Positions 19,883-30,042 of a DNA stretch of 64,000 nucleotides are shown one piece after another. The stretch covers positions 5,257-69,256 of the forward strand of contig JBEKFE010000016.1 of NCBI GenBank assembly GCA_050013475.1, given 5' to 3'. Position 1 is the stretch's first letter; each line of letters begins with the position of its first letter. Source of the DNA: Bacteroidales bacterium. GTDB taxonomy: Bacteria; Bacteroidota; Bacteroidia; Bacteroidales; VadinHA17. The position numbers were made by a program, and so were the translations under genes. The notes beneath the pieces are model-generated. The model saw only the letters and a list, made by a program, of their open reading frames with translations, ran no database searches and was not told where the DNA came from.

Positions 19883-21358
19883 TTACTGGTTAGTCTGATC
19901 ACCTGACTGAAGCATTGGAATATCTCTCTTCGGCGCTACCCGTTTGCCGAAAATTATGTTTAACCCTAACTGGAAATTGACCGTATTGAAATTATTCGGT
20001 AACGGAATGCCCGTATAATCTGTGGACCCCGACTTTCCGATATAAACTTTATCCCACTGCATGGGTATCTTGTCGACAATAAAATAGAACTGGGCCACTC
20101 CGGCAGTGACCGAAAGTCCGACTCCAAGGTTGTTGTAGCTGTTGTTTTCCATTGAATATGCTACACTTGCAGAAAATACCTGTCCTAAATGTGCGTTAGC
20201 TGACATTGTAAGAGATTCACTCGTGCTTCCGGCATAGATCTTTGAAACTGACAGCACCCCGAACGAAATAAATTTAAACGGATTAAAACTTGCACCAAAA
20301 GTAATATCCGTCGGAAGGTATGTTTTAAATGGCTGGGGTGAGGCTACCTGTTTGAAATTAGACTTTACACTGTCAGCCAGGGAATTGTACATTTGGTCGA
20401 TTGAAAATGACTGATTCTGCACATCCTGCAGGGTGATCCCCGGTAAAGTAAATGCTCCGTTTACATTCCAGGCCTGAAGGTCGCTCTTCCATTTTATGAA
20501 GCCCAGGTCCCTCACACTGAATGAAACCGTTACCAGTTTACCAAAATTATATTCAGCGCCAAAGTCAATGCTGAATCCGGGGTTAGTCAGGGGCATACCA
20601 ATATAATCATGCAAAAATCCGCTCATGCCGGCTGGACTGCCGATTTTGCTGAGCTCTTCGCTGCCTGATGTTTCCATTGTAGCATTTGCAGTGACTGTCT
20701 GGCTCAGATCATTATTCACCTTAAGAGTGAAGGATTGATCATCAAATGAAAGTGATCCTATCCCTGATAGTAAATTCAACCTGGCGCCAATCCTCAGATT
20801 TTGAATAATCTCTCCCGAAAAGCCAGCTCCGTATGATCTGAAAAACTGGCCCTGTACATTCATTTTCGAGATATCAATGGTCTGACCTATCAGATCAGAA
20901 CCTCCTGTCAGATAAAGGTCAAGAAGCGATTTCGGGAAAAGGACCTTTGATGTGAATCTGTCCATCACATCTATCATGACAGAAAAGTTCCTGCCGACCG
21001 GAAACCCTATTCCAAGGAGCTGTATGTTGACCTGGGCCGATATTGTATTATTCTTGTTAAGCTTTGATGCAAGATTTTTAAGGCTAAAGTTCGGATTCTG
21101 AAATGAAAAGATCGAATCTGCCTTAAGCCCGGGTGTGACAATGTCTTTAAGCTGCAGAAAATTATTGTCTATCCCTGCACCGATCCCTGTCAATACAGGT
21201 AGGCCGATATAAAACCTTGTTGATGTTATCAGGGCCGGGTTAAGGTAACTGCTCTGAGGCAAATTCATAAAATAGGCAACATTGCTTGTTTGCGCATTTA
21301 TGCTGCTGAACATCGCAAACAGCAGCCCTGTCAGGATTATTGTAGCTTTCCTTCTCAT
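19883..21358 (-). CDS. putative outer-membrane beta-barrel protein, family not confidently recognised
   Basis: 491 aa. Signal peptide ending INAQ, and alternating hydrophobic beta-strand-like pattern throughout. Confidence 0.45.
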   Translation of the reverse strand: MRRKATIILTGLLFAMFSSINAQTSNVAYFMNLPQSSYLNPALITSTRFYIGLPVLTGIGAGIDNNFLQLKDIVTPGLKADSIFSFQNPNFSLKNLASKLNKNNTISAQVNIQLLGIGFPVGRNFSVMIDVMDRFTSKVLFPKSLLDLYLTGGSDLIGQTIDISKMNVQGQFFRSYGAGFSGEIIQNLRIGARLNLLSGIGSLSFDDQSFTLKVNNDLSQTVTANATMETSGSEELSKIGSPAGMSGFLHDYIGMPLTNPGFSIDFGAEYNFGKLVTVSFSVRDLGFIKWKSDLQAWNVNGAFTLPGITLQDVQNQSFSIDQMYNSLADSVKSNFKQVASPQPFKTYLPTDITFGASFNPFKFISFGVLSVSKIYAGSTSESLTMSANAHLGQVFSASVAYSMENNSYNNLGVGLSVTAGVAQFYFIVDKIPMQWDKVYIGKSGSTDYTGIPLPNNFNTVNFQLGLNIIFGKRVAPKRDIPMLQSGDQTNQ

Positions 21359-21405
21359 AATTCTTTTCTCCGGTTCTTCACTCTCTAAACTATACTAACA
21401 TGAAA

Positions 21406-24108
21406 TCAGTTATCCGGTTCAATCTTGTAGTTATAAAGGAAATTATCCTCTCCGCCCACAATCAGGCGAAAATCGCCTTTTTCTGATAATTTCCCGATAG
21501 AGAACACTGAAGCGCCTTTAAGAGGAAATCCATTCATGATATTCCCTTTCCTGTCAACCAGGTATATCAGTTTCCTTTTGGCATCTGTCAACCCGATCTT
21601 CCTGTCAGTAGCCGAAAAGATGAAAAATACCGGGCCTTCAAGGTAAGCGGTTCCAAAATCCCTGGCGAAGATCTCTGATCTTTTATTATCATAAAGATAT
21701 AATTTACCACTGTCAGAAAAAACATATTCGCCAAAGCCATCGCCGTCTATATCAAAAAAATCGAATGAATGGTCAACTGAGAACTTCCTCACTGCAGTTT
21801 TTGATACCGTTCCGTCAAAGGCGACCTTTGTAATTATCCCCTCCGGAGAAGTAAAAACGATGCCAGGATAATTATTATTGTCCAGTCTTATTTCAGATCC
21901 GGCTGCTCTTACTGCCTGCTCCTTAAGTCTGATCCTCTGGTTCCCTGTGCGGTCGAGAAAATAGATCGACCTGTCATCTGCTGCAATTAAGTAATCCTTG
22001 CCTGAGATCCTGAAGAGCCTTATCTCTGTTTTCACCAGGCCTCCTGTTCTGAATGGTTTCCACCCTTTTACCACATTTCCCGATTTATCATAGGCATAGA
22101 TCAGCCTGTCCTCTCCCGGGATCAGGATCCTGAACTCGCCGGTACCATCATAGTCGAAGAGAGCAGGAGGTCCGGAAGCGGGAGACCTCAACCTGGCCGG
22201 GAATTTTTCGACATAATTACCGTTCCTGTCGAGAAGATAGAGATTGTTCCTGCCGGCAAAAAGAAGCTGGTATTTGCCATTTCCGAAATAATCGATCATA
22301 TAGACATTTCCAAGTATCTTTTCACCGGGTGAAACTTTCCAGAGCACCCTTCCTGCAGAATTTATAAGGTAAACATTGTTCTTATAATCCTGGATAAATA
22401 TCTCACGGGCACCGGTGTTGTGATTTGTAAAGAAGAATGGCTTTATCGATGCTGAGGTATCAAGCATGGTCTCCCACTCAGCGCCTGATGCCTCTCTTGC
22501 AGTATCTCCCAGGCTGATAGATAAAGTATTGTATATCATCTCGTTGCTCGCGGCAAACTGGTACCCTGTGGCCTGGAACTTTCTCAGAAGCGAGCTATTG
22601 GCTTTCAGCATATCTGCTAATGTGTCGCTTATAAATGATGAGAGGTATGTTATAATTCCTGAAGGCTGGCAATAGAAATAATACCCGGCCCTGCTTGGCA
22701 TTGTACTCTCAAAATCGCGATAGGCCAGGTCGTTGGCAAGGGTCTTGTTAAGAATGTTATCATATAATACCCTTTTGATGGCGGCAAATGAATTGCCTGT
22801 TACAAGATAGTTATCGGCAAATGCATAGAGTGAATCCCCTTCAGCTGAAACAAAGCCTTTCAGAAAAGCTGATGCCAGGTTTTTGAATGGTGTTATGTAG
22901 ACAGGAATTTTTGTCTGGTCATCAGGCTGAAAATAACTTATATAATCCGATTTCCTGATATCCTCCTTTTTTGCCCACCGGGAACAGTTTTCAGTCAGGA
23001 CCTGCTCCGCCATCTGCCTGTTTGACAATTTGAAAATAACGATATTGCTCTCAGATCCCTGGTCATCCTTCTGATCAATGAGAGCACGGGTGATTTCATC
23101 TCCCATGAAAGGCGACAGACCTGTTGCAAGGGTTGAGGTCAGTTCGTCACACTCACTAATACCTGCAGGGTCTGTTGAGTTATCTTTCAGGAGCATTGTC
23201 TCGAACAGAAGCACATCAGACGGAAGTATTTCATATGAGGTCAGCTTCCCGGTTTGCCTCGACTTGTACCTGTACAGATAATCGGATGAATCAAGGCTTT
23301 CTATATATCCGCTAAGGATCAGTCCGCTGGCATTAATATGAATATCTGCCTCAGCACAGCCGGCCAGCTTTTCAAATTTTTCAGCGATCAGCGGTGCCCT
23401 GTTGCCAATAAGAGGCCGTAGAAGAGTGGCGAAATTTCTGAAAATGACATAGATCTTGTCCTCCTTCCTTCCTGCAGCACTCATTATCCTGGTAAATCCG
23501 GGGACATTCCTTATGCCGGACCCCGGTTCCCTTTGCAGTGCGGCCCTCTGAATAAGAGAACTGGAAGAACTGCATAATAGCAGTCCCGATCTAAATGTAA
23601 GGTACACTGTATCCCTGCTCTGCCCGTCTTTCAGTGAAAAAGGGTTTATATCAACTCCTTTCACACTGATCCCGGCCATCTCAGTTCCACCCGATGACCG
23701 CAGAATCTCAAGCATCTGCCTGTACTTTGATCTTTGTCCCAGGTTCATCGACAGCAGAGGGGCGATCCTGCCCCCTTCAACCGGATGAAATGATATTATG
23801 CCCCTGTTTTTTTCGAAAATTTCCCTTGCCTCCTTCCCTCCGATAAAATTCCTCAGGTTCTTTACCTTTTCACAGAAACCAGCCAGCCCCCCGGTCTTTT
23901 CCAGGATTGTGAACAGACGGTTACCTTCAGTAACAGAACTCAGAAAGTCTGGGAGATTGACCGGTTCGATCACAAAGCAGGCATCTTCCGGTATGACGGA
24001 AAAGGGGTCGGTGGTTATGCTTTTACCATTATTCTGTACGAACCATATAAGAGCTGCCACCCCCGACAACAGTACGATCAGCAGAATGATAAAGCTTCGC
24101 TTTGCCAA
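21406..24108 (-). CDS. large N-terminally anchored protein with FG-GAP/VCBS-like beta-propeller repeats
   Basis: 900 aa with an N-terminal TM anchor. The C-terminal third carries repeated Ca-binding-like motifs (IDYFGNGKY, FDYDGTGEF, FDIDGDGFGEY). Confidence 0.5.
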   Translation of the reverse strand: MAKRSFIILLIVLLSGVAALIWFVQNNGKSITTDPFSVIPEDACFVIEPVNLPDFLSSVTEGNRLFTILEKTGGLAGFCEKVKNLRNFIGGKEAREIFEKNRGIISFHPVEGGRIAPLLSMNLGQRSKYRQMLEILRSSGGTEMAGISVKGVDINPFSLKDGQSRDTVYLTFRSGLLLCSSSSSLIQRAALQREPGSGIRNVPGFTRIMSAAGRKEDKIYVIFRNFATLLRPLIGNRAPLIAEKFEKLAGCAEADIHINASGLILSGYIESLDSSDYLYRYKSRQTGKLTSYEILPSDVLLFETMLLKDNSTDPAGISECDELTSTLATGLSPFMGDEITRALIDQKDDQGSESNIVIFKLSNRQMAEQVLTENCSRWAKKEDIRKSDYISYFQPDDQTKIPVYITPFKNLASAFLKGFVSAEGDSLYAFADNYLVTGNSFAAIKRVLYDNILNKTLANDLAYRDFESTMPSRAGYYFYCQPSGIITYLSSFISDTLADMLKANSSLLRKFQATGYQFAASNEMIYNTLSISLGDTAREASGAEWETMLDTSASIKPFFFTNHNTGAREIFIQDYKNNVYLINSAGRVLWKVSPGEKILGNVYMIDYFGNGKYQLLFAGRNNLYLLDRNGNYVEKFPARLRSPASGPPALFDYDGTGEFRILIPGEDRLIYAYDKSGNVVKGWKPFRTGGLVKTEIRLFRISGKDYLIAADDRSIYFLDRTGNQRIRLKEQAVRAAGSEIRLDNNNYPGIVFTSPEGIITKVAFDGTVSKTAVRKFSVDHSFDFFDIDGDGFGEYVFSDSGKLYLYDNKRSEIFARDFGTAYLEGPVFFIFSATDRKIGLTDAKRKLIYLVDRKGNIMNGFPLKGASVFSIGKLSEKGDFRLIVGGEDNFLYNYKIEPDN

Positions 24109-24186
24109 AAGTCAATAGAGATTAATCAGTGAACAAATTTATAAAATATTGAAGGATCTCAGCGGAATGAAGTATGTATATATGTC

Positions 24187-24253
24187 TGTCGTGGAGAATT
24201 ATCCTCTTTTTACCCCGAAGGTACACGAAGGTTAGCACAAAGGCTCACAAAGG
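24187..24253. repeat. word-stutter palindromic element (CACGAAGG/CACAAAGG word type)
   Basis: The sequence is tgtcgtggagaattatcctctttttaccccgaaggtacacgaaggttagcacaaaggctcacaaagg. It has the same cgtgg-NNaatt..ctttttacc junction as the 2990-3048 copy. Confidence 0.55.
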
Positions 24254-24398
24254 AAAGAATTAAAAAACATTTGTTGCGCTGATAGGTCGTGTATCATTAA
24301 CGGTTTGGCATGCAATTTGATTTAATGTCAGTACAACAGGCAATCTTCATCATATACTTGATTTTTCAGGGCAGCCAGGTCAGAAGCCTGGCTTTTTC

Positions 24399-25391
24399 TT
24401 ATATGAATTCCCTGTACCCTATGATCTTCCGGACTTCCCTGATGGTCTTTGCGGCGCTTGCCCTTGCCTTTTCTCCACCTTCCGACACAACCCTGCCAAG
24501 ATAACCTGTATCAGTCATAATATCGTTTATCCTTTCCCTTATGGGTTCTGTAAATCTTACAATATCTTCGCCCAGCTGCTTTTTGAGCTCACCGTACCTG
24601 ATCTCGCACGATGCATACTTCTCCATGAAATATTTGACAGTTGAGGGTTCTGAAACAACCTCCATGATGGTAAACAGGTTTTTAAGAGGCTCCGACATCT
24701 CCTGCCCTGGTACCGTTGGACCTGTATCGGTGACGGCCCTCATTACTTTTTTCCTGATATCCTCGGGCTTATCGGCAAGAAAAATGCCGTTCCCTTCACT
24801 TTTTCCCATCTTGCCGGTTCCATCAAGTCCCGGAATTTTGACCAGCTGCCGGCCAAAGTTATAAGCGTCCGGCTCAGGGAAATAGTCGACGCCATACATT
24901 GAATTGAACCTGCGGGCAAACCTCCTAGTCATCTCAAGATGTTGCTCCTGGTCCTTGCCTACCGGTACTTTAGTCGCCCTGTGAATAATGATATCCGCAG
25001 CCATCAGGACAGGATAGGTAAGAAGTCCTGCATTAATATTATCGGGCTGCTTTCTTATCTGCTCCTTGAATGATGCGGTTCTTTCAAGCTCTCCGACATA
25101 AGCGTTCATATTAAGGAGGAGATATAATTCTGTTACCTCAGGTACATCGCTTTGTATAAAGACGGTGGCAATCCCGGGATCAATGCCGCATGCAAGATAT
25201 TCAGCAAGGATCTGCTTTATGTTGCCATGAAGGTCATCCGGTTTGGGGTGGGTGGTAAGTGAATGATAATCGGCAATGAAGAAAAAGCAATTATTCTCCT
25301 TCTGCATTTTCAGAAAGTTCTTTATCGCACCGAAATAATTGCCAAGGTGCAGATTACCTGTAGATCGTATACCGCTTACTACTGTCTCCAT
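24399..25391 (-). CDS. trpS: tryptophan--tRNA ligase
   Basis: HIGH motif (GNLHLGNYFG) and KMSKS motif (GKMGKSEGN). 330 aa. Confidence 0.93.
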   Translation of the reverse strand: METVVSGIRSTGNLHLGNYFGAIKNFLKMQKENNCFFFIADYHSLTTHPKPDDLHGNIKQILAEYLACGIDPGIATVFIQSDVPEVTELYLLLNMNAYVGELERTASFKEQIRKQPDNINAGLLTYPVLMAADIIIHRATKVPVGKDQEQHLEMTRRFARRFNSMYGVDYFPEPDAYNFGRQLVKIPGLDGTGKMGKSEGNGIFLADKPEDIRKKVMRAVTDTGPTVPGQEMSEPLKNLFTIMEVVSEPSTVKYFMEKYASCEIRYGELKKQLGEDIVRFTEPIRERINDIMTDTGYLGRVVSEGGEKARASAAKTIREVRKIIGYREFI

Positions 25392-25434
25392 TTATTCAAT
25401 GCCGGATTATAATTCCCGCAAATCTACCAAAAAC

Positions 25435-25612
25435 GGTGCAATGGTGCAAAGGCTCAGAGGCACAAAGGCAAAAATTATCATATAAACTTGGATTAATTGA
25501 TATTTACCAATTCTTCCATTTAGCGTTTGCGAAGTTGAGCTAATGTAACTTTACACTGTTTCGTCATTGAGCTGCTGGCCGTTGTACCTTTGTGCCGTTG
25601 TGCCTTTACGCC
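25435..25612. repeat. pair of inverted word-stutter arms (GCACAAAGG word) around a 107-nt ORF-less spacer
   Basis: The left arm is ggtgcaatggtgcaaaggctcagaggcacaaaggc (25435-25469). The right arm is ggccgttgtacctttgtgccgttgtgcctttacgcc (25577-25612), followed by a T-run. Confidence 0.5.
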
Positions 25613-25650
25613 TTTTTTTATTACCTTTGCGCGGTTAATACGATCTATCG

Positions 25651-25989
25651 ATGGAATCGACGCGGCAGAAAAAAGTATCCAGGTTGATACAGAAGGAGAT
25701 GGCAGAGTTGCTTATCAGGAAAAATAACGAGATCGCTCCCGGAAAACTTGTTTCTGTCACCATAGTAAGAGTAAGCCCCGATCTCTCGTTTGCAAAAGTC
25801 TTCCTGAGCATCTTTCCGTCAGTAAACCAGGCTGAGATACTAAACACAATAAAGGAGCACGCTTCAAAACTAAGGTTTGAACTTGGACAGAAGGTCAGGA
25901 CACAGCTGCGTATCGTGCCCGAGATCGCTTTCTATATCGATGACAGCCTCGATTACATCGACAAAATTGACAAGCTGCTGAAATCGTGA
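25651..25989 (+). CDS. rbfA: ribosome-binding factor A
   Basis: 112 aa. RQKKVSRLIQKEMAELL ... VSPDLSFAKVF is typical of RbfA. Confidence 0.9.
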   Translation: MESTRQKKVSRLIQKEMAELLIRKNNEIAPGKLVSVTIVRVSPDLSFAKVFLSIFPSVNQAEILNTIKEHASKLRFELGQKVRTQLRIVPEIAFYIDDSLDYIDKIDKLLKS

Positions 25990-25993
25990 ATAT

Positions 25994-26806
25994 ATGCGAT
26001 ACGAACCGATCAAAAGATCTCTCGGCAGGTTATTCAGGAAATCCATTATTCTGAAGAAATTACTCTATTTCCTCCTCGATCTTCTTCTGCTAAGAAGCTG
26101 GCATGTGAGAAAAGCCCTGAAAAGGGTTGGACCATCTTTACCTCATGACGCATCAGTACTTGATGCAGGTTCCGGGTTCGGACAGTATACATGGAGAATG
26201 AGCAGTAAGCACCAAGGATGGAAGATAAAGGGGATCGACATTAACAGAGATGATATAGCTGAATGCAATGAATTTTTCAGCAGGACAGGAAGATCAGGCA
26301 GGGTGGTTTTCGAACAGGGCGATCTTACGGCGCTGGATGAAAAAGAGAGGTATGATCTGGTGATCACAGTTGACGTTATGGAACATATAGCCGATGATGA
26401 AAAGGTATTCGCAGGATTTTCCCGCGCGATGAAGAATGGAGGCATCCTGATCATATCGACTCCATCCGACAAGGGAGGATCAGACGTCCACGATCATGCA
26501 GGTACATCCTTTATTGATGAGCATGTTAGGGACGGATATGGCAGGGAAGAGATAATTTCAAGGCTGGAACATGCAGATTTTAAAGGTGTTAACGTAGCAT
26601 ATACATACGGTAAAGCCGGAACTCTTTCATGGCGTTTATCCATGAAGTACCCTGTGAAAATGCTAAATCTGTCGTACCTCTTCTTTATTTTTCTTCCCTT
26701 CTACTATCTTATTGCCTTTCCTGTTGCATTTGTGCTTAATATTATAGATGTCAATACATACAACGTGTCCGGCACTGGATTACTGGTAACCGCTGAGAAA
26801 AAATAA
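25994..26806 (+). CDS. class I SAM-dependent methyltransferase with C-terminal membrane segment
   Basis: Motif I VLDAGSGFGQY and post-I DLVITVDVMEHI, with a hydrophobic C-terminal tail. Confidence 0.75.
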   Translation: MRYEPIKRSLGRLFRKSIILKKLLYFLLDLLLLRSWHVRKALKRVGPSLPHDASVLDAGSGFGQYTWRMSSKHQGWKIKGIDINRDDIAECNEFFSRTGRSGRVVFEQGDLTALDEKERYDLVITVDVMEHIADDEKVFAGFSRAMKNGGILIISTPSDKGGSDVHDHAGTSFIDEHVRDGYGREEIISRLEHADFKGVNVAYTYGKAGTLSWRLSMKYPVKMLNLSYLFFIFLPFYYLIAFPVAFVLNIIDVNTYNVSGTGLLVTAEKK

Positions 26807-26807
26807 G

Positions 26808-28031
26808 GTGAGACTTTCCGTTTACATAGCAAAAAGATACCTGCTTGCAAAGAAATCGAGAAATGTGATCAATATCATTTCGGCTGTCTCGGTTACGGGG
26901 GTTGCTGTCGGAACCATGGCATTGATAATCGTTCTTTCAGTTTTTAATGGTCTTGAGTCTATGGTAAACAGCATCTTCAACACATTTGATCCTGAGCTGA
27001 AGATCACTGCCGTTCATGGTAAGGTCTTTGATGCTGATCCGGCCAGGCTGCTACGTCTGTCAGAGTTGAAAGGAATTGAAGCATGGTCCGCCACTCTCGA
27101 GGAGAATGCACTCCTTATGTACGAGAAGAAACAATTTATTGCTACGATCAAAGGGGTGGATGAGAACTATTCCAGGGTTACCGGGATTGACAGTGCAATG
27201 ACCGATAATGACAAATTCAGCCTCTGGAGCACAGGAAAGAGACCACAGGCAGTTGTGGGCGCGGGTGTTGCCAATAATCTGGGTTTGAATGTCAGCTTCA
27301 TTTCACAGTTGCAGATATGGGTCCCTAAAAGGACAGGCAGCGTCAACCTCGACCCGGAGGAGGCATTTATTAAAAGATACATAACCCCTGCAGGTATATT
27401 CAGGGTTGAGCATGATTATGATTCCAGGTATGTCTATATCCCACTTGAATTTGCAAGGGAGCTGCTGGAATATGACAACCAGGTAAGCTCAGTCGAGATA
27501 AAGACATCACGGCAGTCAAATATTGACAGGGTCAAACGTGAAGTTAAAAAGATCTTCGGGCCTGAGTATTTTGTCAGGAACAGGTTTGAACAGCAGGAGA
27601 TCTTTTACAAGGTGATGCGGTCGGAAAGGCTTGCAATATTTATTATTCTGACCCTTATACTTCTCATTGCTTCTTTTAATATTATCGGTTCACTTACCAT
27701 GCTGATCATTGAAAAAGAACGTGATATCGAAATACTCAGGAGCCTTGGGGCGGATAATACACTTATAAGAAAGATATTCATTTTTGAAGGCTGGCTGATA
27801 TCTATCACGGGAGCCGTTATGGGCATTATATTTGGATTCCTCATCTGCTGGCTTCAGCAGCGTTTTGGGCTCCTGAAGCTGAACAGCGAGACCCTTATGA
27901 TCCAGGCATATCCGGTTGTTATGAAGCTTAAGGATTTCATTGTCGTTCCTGTGACAGTTCTGCTGATCGGGTACTGGGCAGCATGGTACCCTGTAAGATT
28001 TCTGACGAAAAAATATCTTCTGAAAAATTAG
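26808..28031 (+). CDS. FtsX-like ABC transporter permease (LolC/LolE family)
   Basis: 407 aa. The architecture is an N-terminal TM helix, a large periplasmic loop (MacB-PCD-like) and a C-terminal 3-TM FtsX domain. GTG start. Confidence 0.8.
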   Translation: MRLSVYIAKRYLLAKKSRNVINIISAVSVTGVAVGTMALIIVLSVFNGLESMVNSIFNTFDPELKITAVHGKVFDADPARLLRLSELKGIEAWSATLEENALLMYEKKQFIATIKGVDENYSRVTGIDSAMTDNDKFSLWSTGKRPQAVVGAGVANNLGLNVSFISQLQIWVPKRTGSVNLDPEEAFIKRYITPAGIFRVEHDYDSRYVYIPLEFARELLEYDNQVSSVEIKTSRQSNIDRVKREVKKIFGPEYFVRNRFEQQEIFYKVMRSERLAIFIILTLILLIASFNIIGSLTMLIIEKERDIEILRSLGADNTLIRKIFIFEGWLISITGAVMGIIFGFLICWLQQRFGLLKLNSETLMIQAYPVVMKLKDFIVVPVTVLLIGYWAAWYPVRFLTKKYLLKN

Positions 28032-28045
28032 AAAAAGCATAAAAA

Positions 28046-28822
28046 ATGAATATCCGCCTGGTTATAAACACTGCTTGCAGCCTTTTGATCCTGCTTGCGG
28101 TCTCGTGCAAACATGATCCCAATAAGATCAGAAGAAGGGATCTCATACCGGTGAATGAGCTTGTTCCGTTAATGACAGACCTTTATCTTGGGGATGGCCT
28201 GCTGCAATATCCTTCTGTAAGAAACATGTTCGCTTCCAAGGATACCATCTCAAGTTATATTGATATAATTAAGCAACATGGTTATACAAAGGCACAGCTG
28301 GATAAGACTATCCAGTACTACTTTGTAAATGATCCCAAAAAGCTTCAGAAAATTTACGACCAGGTCCTTGCCAGGCTGAGTGAGATCCAGTTGCGCTTCC
28401 AGACTGACAAGTCGATGGCGCCAAAGATCACAAATAACCTGTGGAACCAGAAACCTGCAATTCTGGTTCCGGAAGATGGTACCGACAATTCCGTCTATTT
28501 CAATGTACCAATTAAGGATACCGGTTATTTCTCGCTTACTCTCTCTGTACTTATTTTCAAGAATGATCAGAGCGTCGACCCCAGGGTCACAGTTTACTTC
28601 TGGAAATCAGACAGTGCAGGTAACATGCTGAAGAAAATGTGGGGAAAAGCTGACCTGTCAAAGGATGGCATAATGCATAATTATAGTGTTACAGGCAGGC
28701 TCTCTGATACTTCATACAGACATATCAGCGGTTATCTCCTCGATAGCAATCCGCTGAAAGGACGGTGGCAAAAACATGCAAAAATTGTAAACATCCTGCT
28801 TATAAAGGGAGTACCTGAATGA
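28046..28822 (+). CDS. lipoprotein, DUF4296-like
   Basis: Lipobox LLAVSC followed by LIPVNELVPLMTDLYLGDG, which resembles DUF4296. Tentative. Confidence 0.45.
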   Translation: MNIRLVINTACSLLILLAVSCKHDPNKIRRRDLIPVNELVPLMTDLYLGDGLLQYPSVRNMFASKDTISSYIDIIKQHGYTKAQLDKTIQYYFVNDPKKLQKIYDQVLARLSEIQLRFQTDKSMAPKITNNLWNQKPAILVPEDGTDNSVYFNVPIKDTGYFSLTLSVLIFKNDQSVDPRVTVYFWKSDSAGNMLKKMWGKADLSKDGIMHNYSVTGRLSDTSYRHISGYLLDSNPLKGRWQKHAKIVNILLIKGVPE

Positions 28823-29994
28823 AATATTTTTCAGCACAGTATATATTCACCAATAACGGGCCACCTCTTAAAAGAGGGATCATTACAACAGATGATGATG
28901 GTACGATTATAAATGTAGAGGATACCGGAGGGAGCCTTCCTGAAAGACATTCTGTGACATTCTTCAATGGAATTATTGTCCCGGGCTTCGTCAACTGCCA
29001 TTGCCACCTCGAGCTTTCGGTCATGAAGGACAGGATACCTAAGGGTACAGGACTTGGCGGATTTCTTGCGGAACTTAACATGACAAGAAGCACAGGTATT
29101 GATGATCCCGGACCTGCTGCTTCGGAAGGCGATAAGATGATGGCAGACGAAGGGATCGTTCTTTGTGCCGATATCAGTAACTCGTCCATCACTTTCGATA
29201 TCAAGAAAAAGAGTAGGATAAAATATATAAGTCTGCTTGAGGTATATGGAATTGATCCGGCAGGTGCAGGTAAGCGTATGTACGAAATAATGAAAGTTGC
29301 CGGAGCGGCAGAGGAGGCTCAGCTGGATTGGTTTCTTGTGCCTCACTCGGTCTATTCCGTCTCGCTTCCGCTCTTCAGGCTTCTGAAGGAGAAGAGCGCT
29401 TCAAACAGGGTAACATCCATCCATTTCATGGAATCGGAAGATGAAAAGAGCTTATTATCCGACCATTCCGGTCCGTTAATGAATGCCTATGAACTGATCC
29501 TCTCCCCTTCTGCGGTCATTATGCCTGCTGCAGACCACGTTACTGCAGTAACTGAAGAAATGACATCTTCGGGGAGCCTTATTCTTGTCCATAATACTTT
29601 TATCGGGGCAGATCAGATAAGGCAGCTGAAGAAGAGAAAAGATCTTTATTATTGCCTCTGCCCGGGTTCAAACATCTACATCTCGGATACTGTTCCGCCT
29701 CTGGATCTGATCATAAGCGAGAAATGCAGTATTGTAATCGGGACCGACAGTCTTTCATCAAACAGCCAGCTTAGCATCCTGAATGAGTTAAGGATAATCC
29801 AGGAAGAGTTTCCGGGAACTCGGCTTACGGACCTTATCGCATGGGCAACAATTAACGGCGCCAGGGCCCTGGGGGCTGAGGATATGACAGGAAGCATCGA
29901 GCCGGGCAAGAAGCCTGGACTTGTCCTTATAAAGGATGCTGATCTCACCGGGATGAAGCTTCTCCCTTCCAGTTCTTCGGTAAGACTGCTTTGA
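28819..29994 (+). CDS. amidohydrolase-superfamily metal-dependent hydrolase
   Basis: The HxH metal motif FVNCHCHLELS, a later HNTF segment and a TDS aspartate region. The start overlaps the upstream gene's stop. Confidence 0.7.
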   Translation: MKYFSAQYIFTNNGPPLKRGIITTDDDGTIINVEDTGGSLPERHSVTFFNGIIVPGFVNCHCHLELSVMKDRIPKGTGLGGFLAELNMTRSTGIDDPGPAASEGDKMMADEGIVLCADISNSSITFDIKKKSRIKYISLLEVYGIDPAGAGKRMYEIMKVAGAAEEAQLDWFLVPHSVYSVSLPLFRLLKEKSASNRVTSIHFMESEDEKSLLSDHSGPLMNAYELILSPSAVIMPAADHVTAVTEEMTSSGSLILVHNTFIGADQIRQLKKRKDLYYCLCPGSNIYISDTVPPLDLIISEKCSIVIGTDSLSSNSQLSILNELRIIQEEFPGTRLTDLIAWATINGARALGAEDMTGSIEPGKKPGLVLIKDADLTGMKLLPSSSSVRLL

Positions 29995-30042
29995 TAAAGG
30001 TATATTCAATTAATAATTAATTTTGTGCCGGGGATAAAGAAG

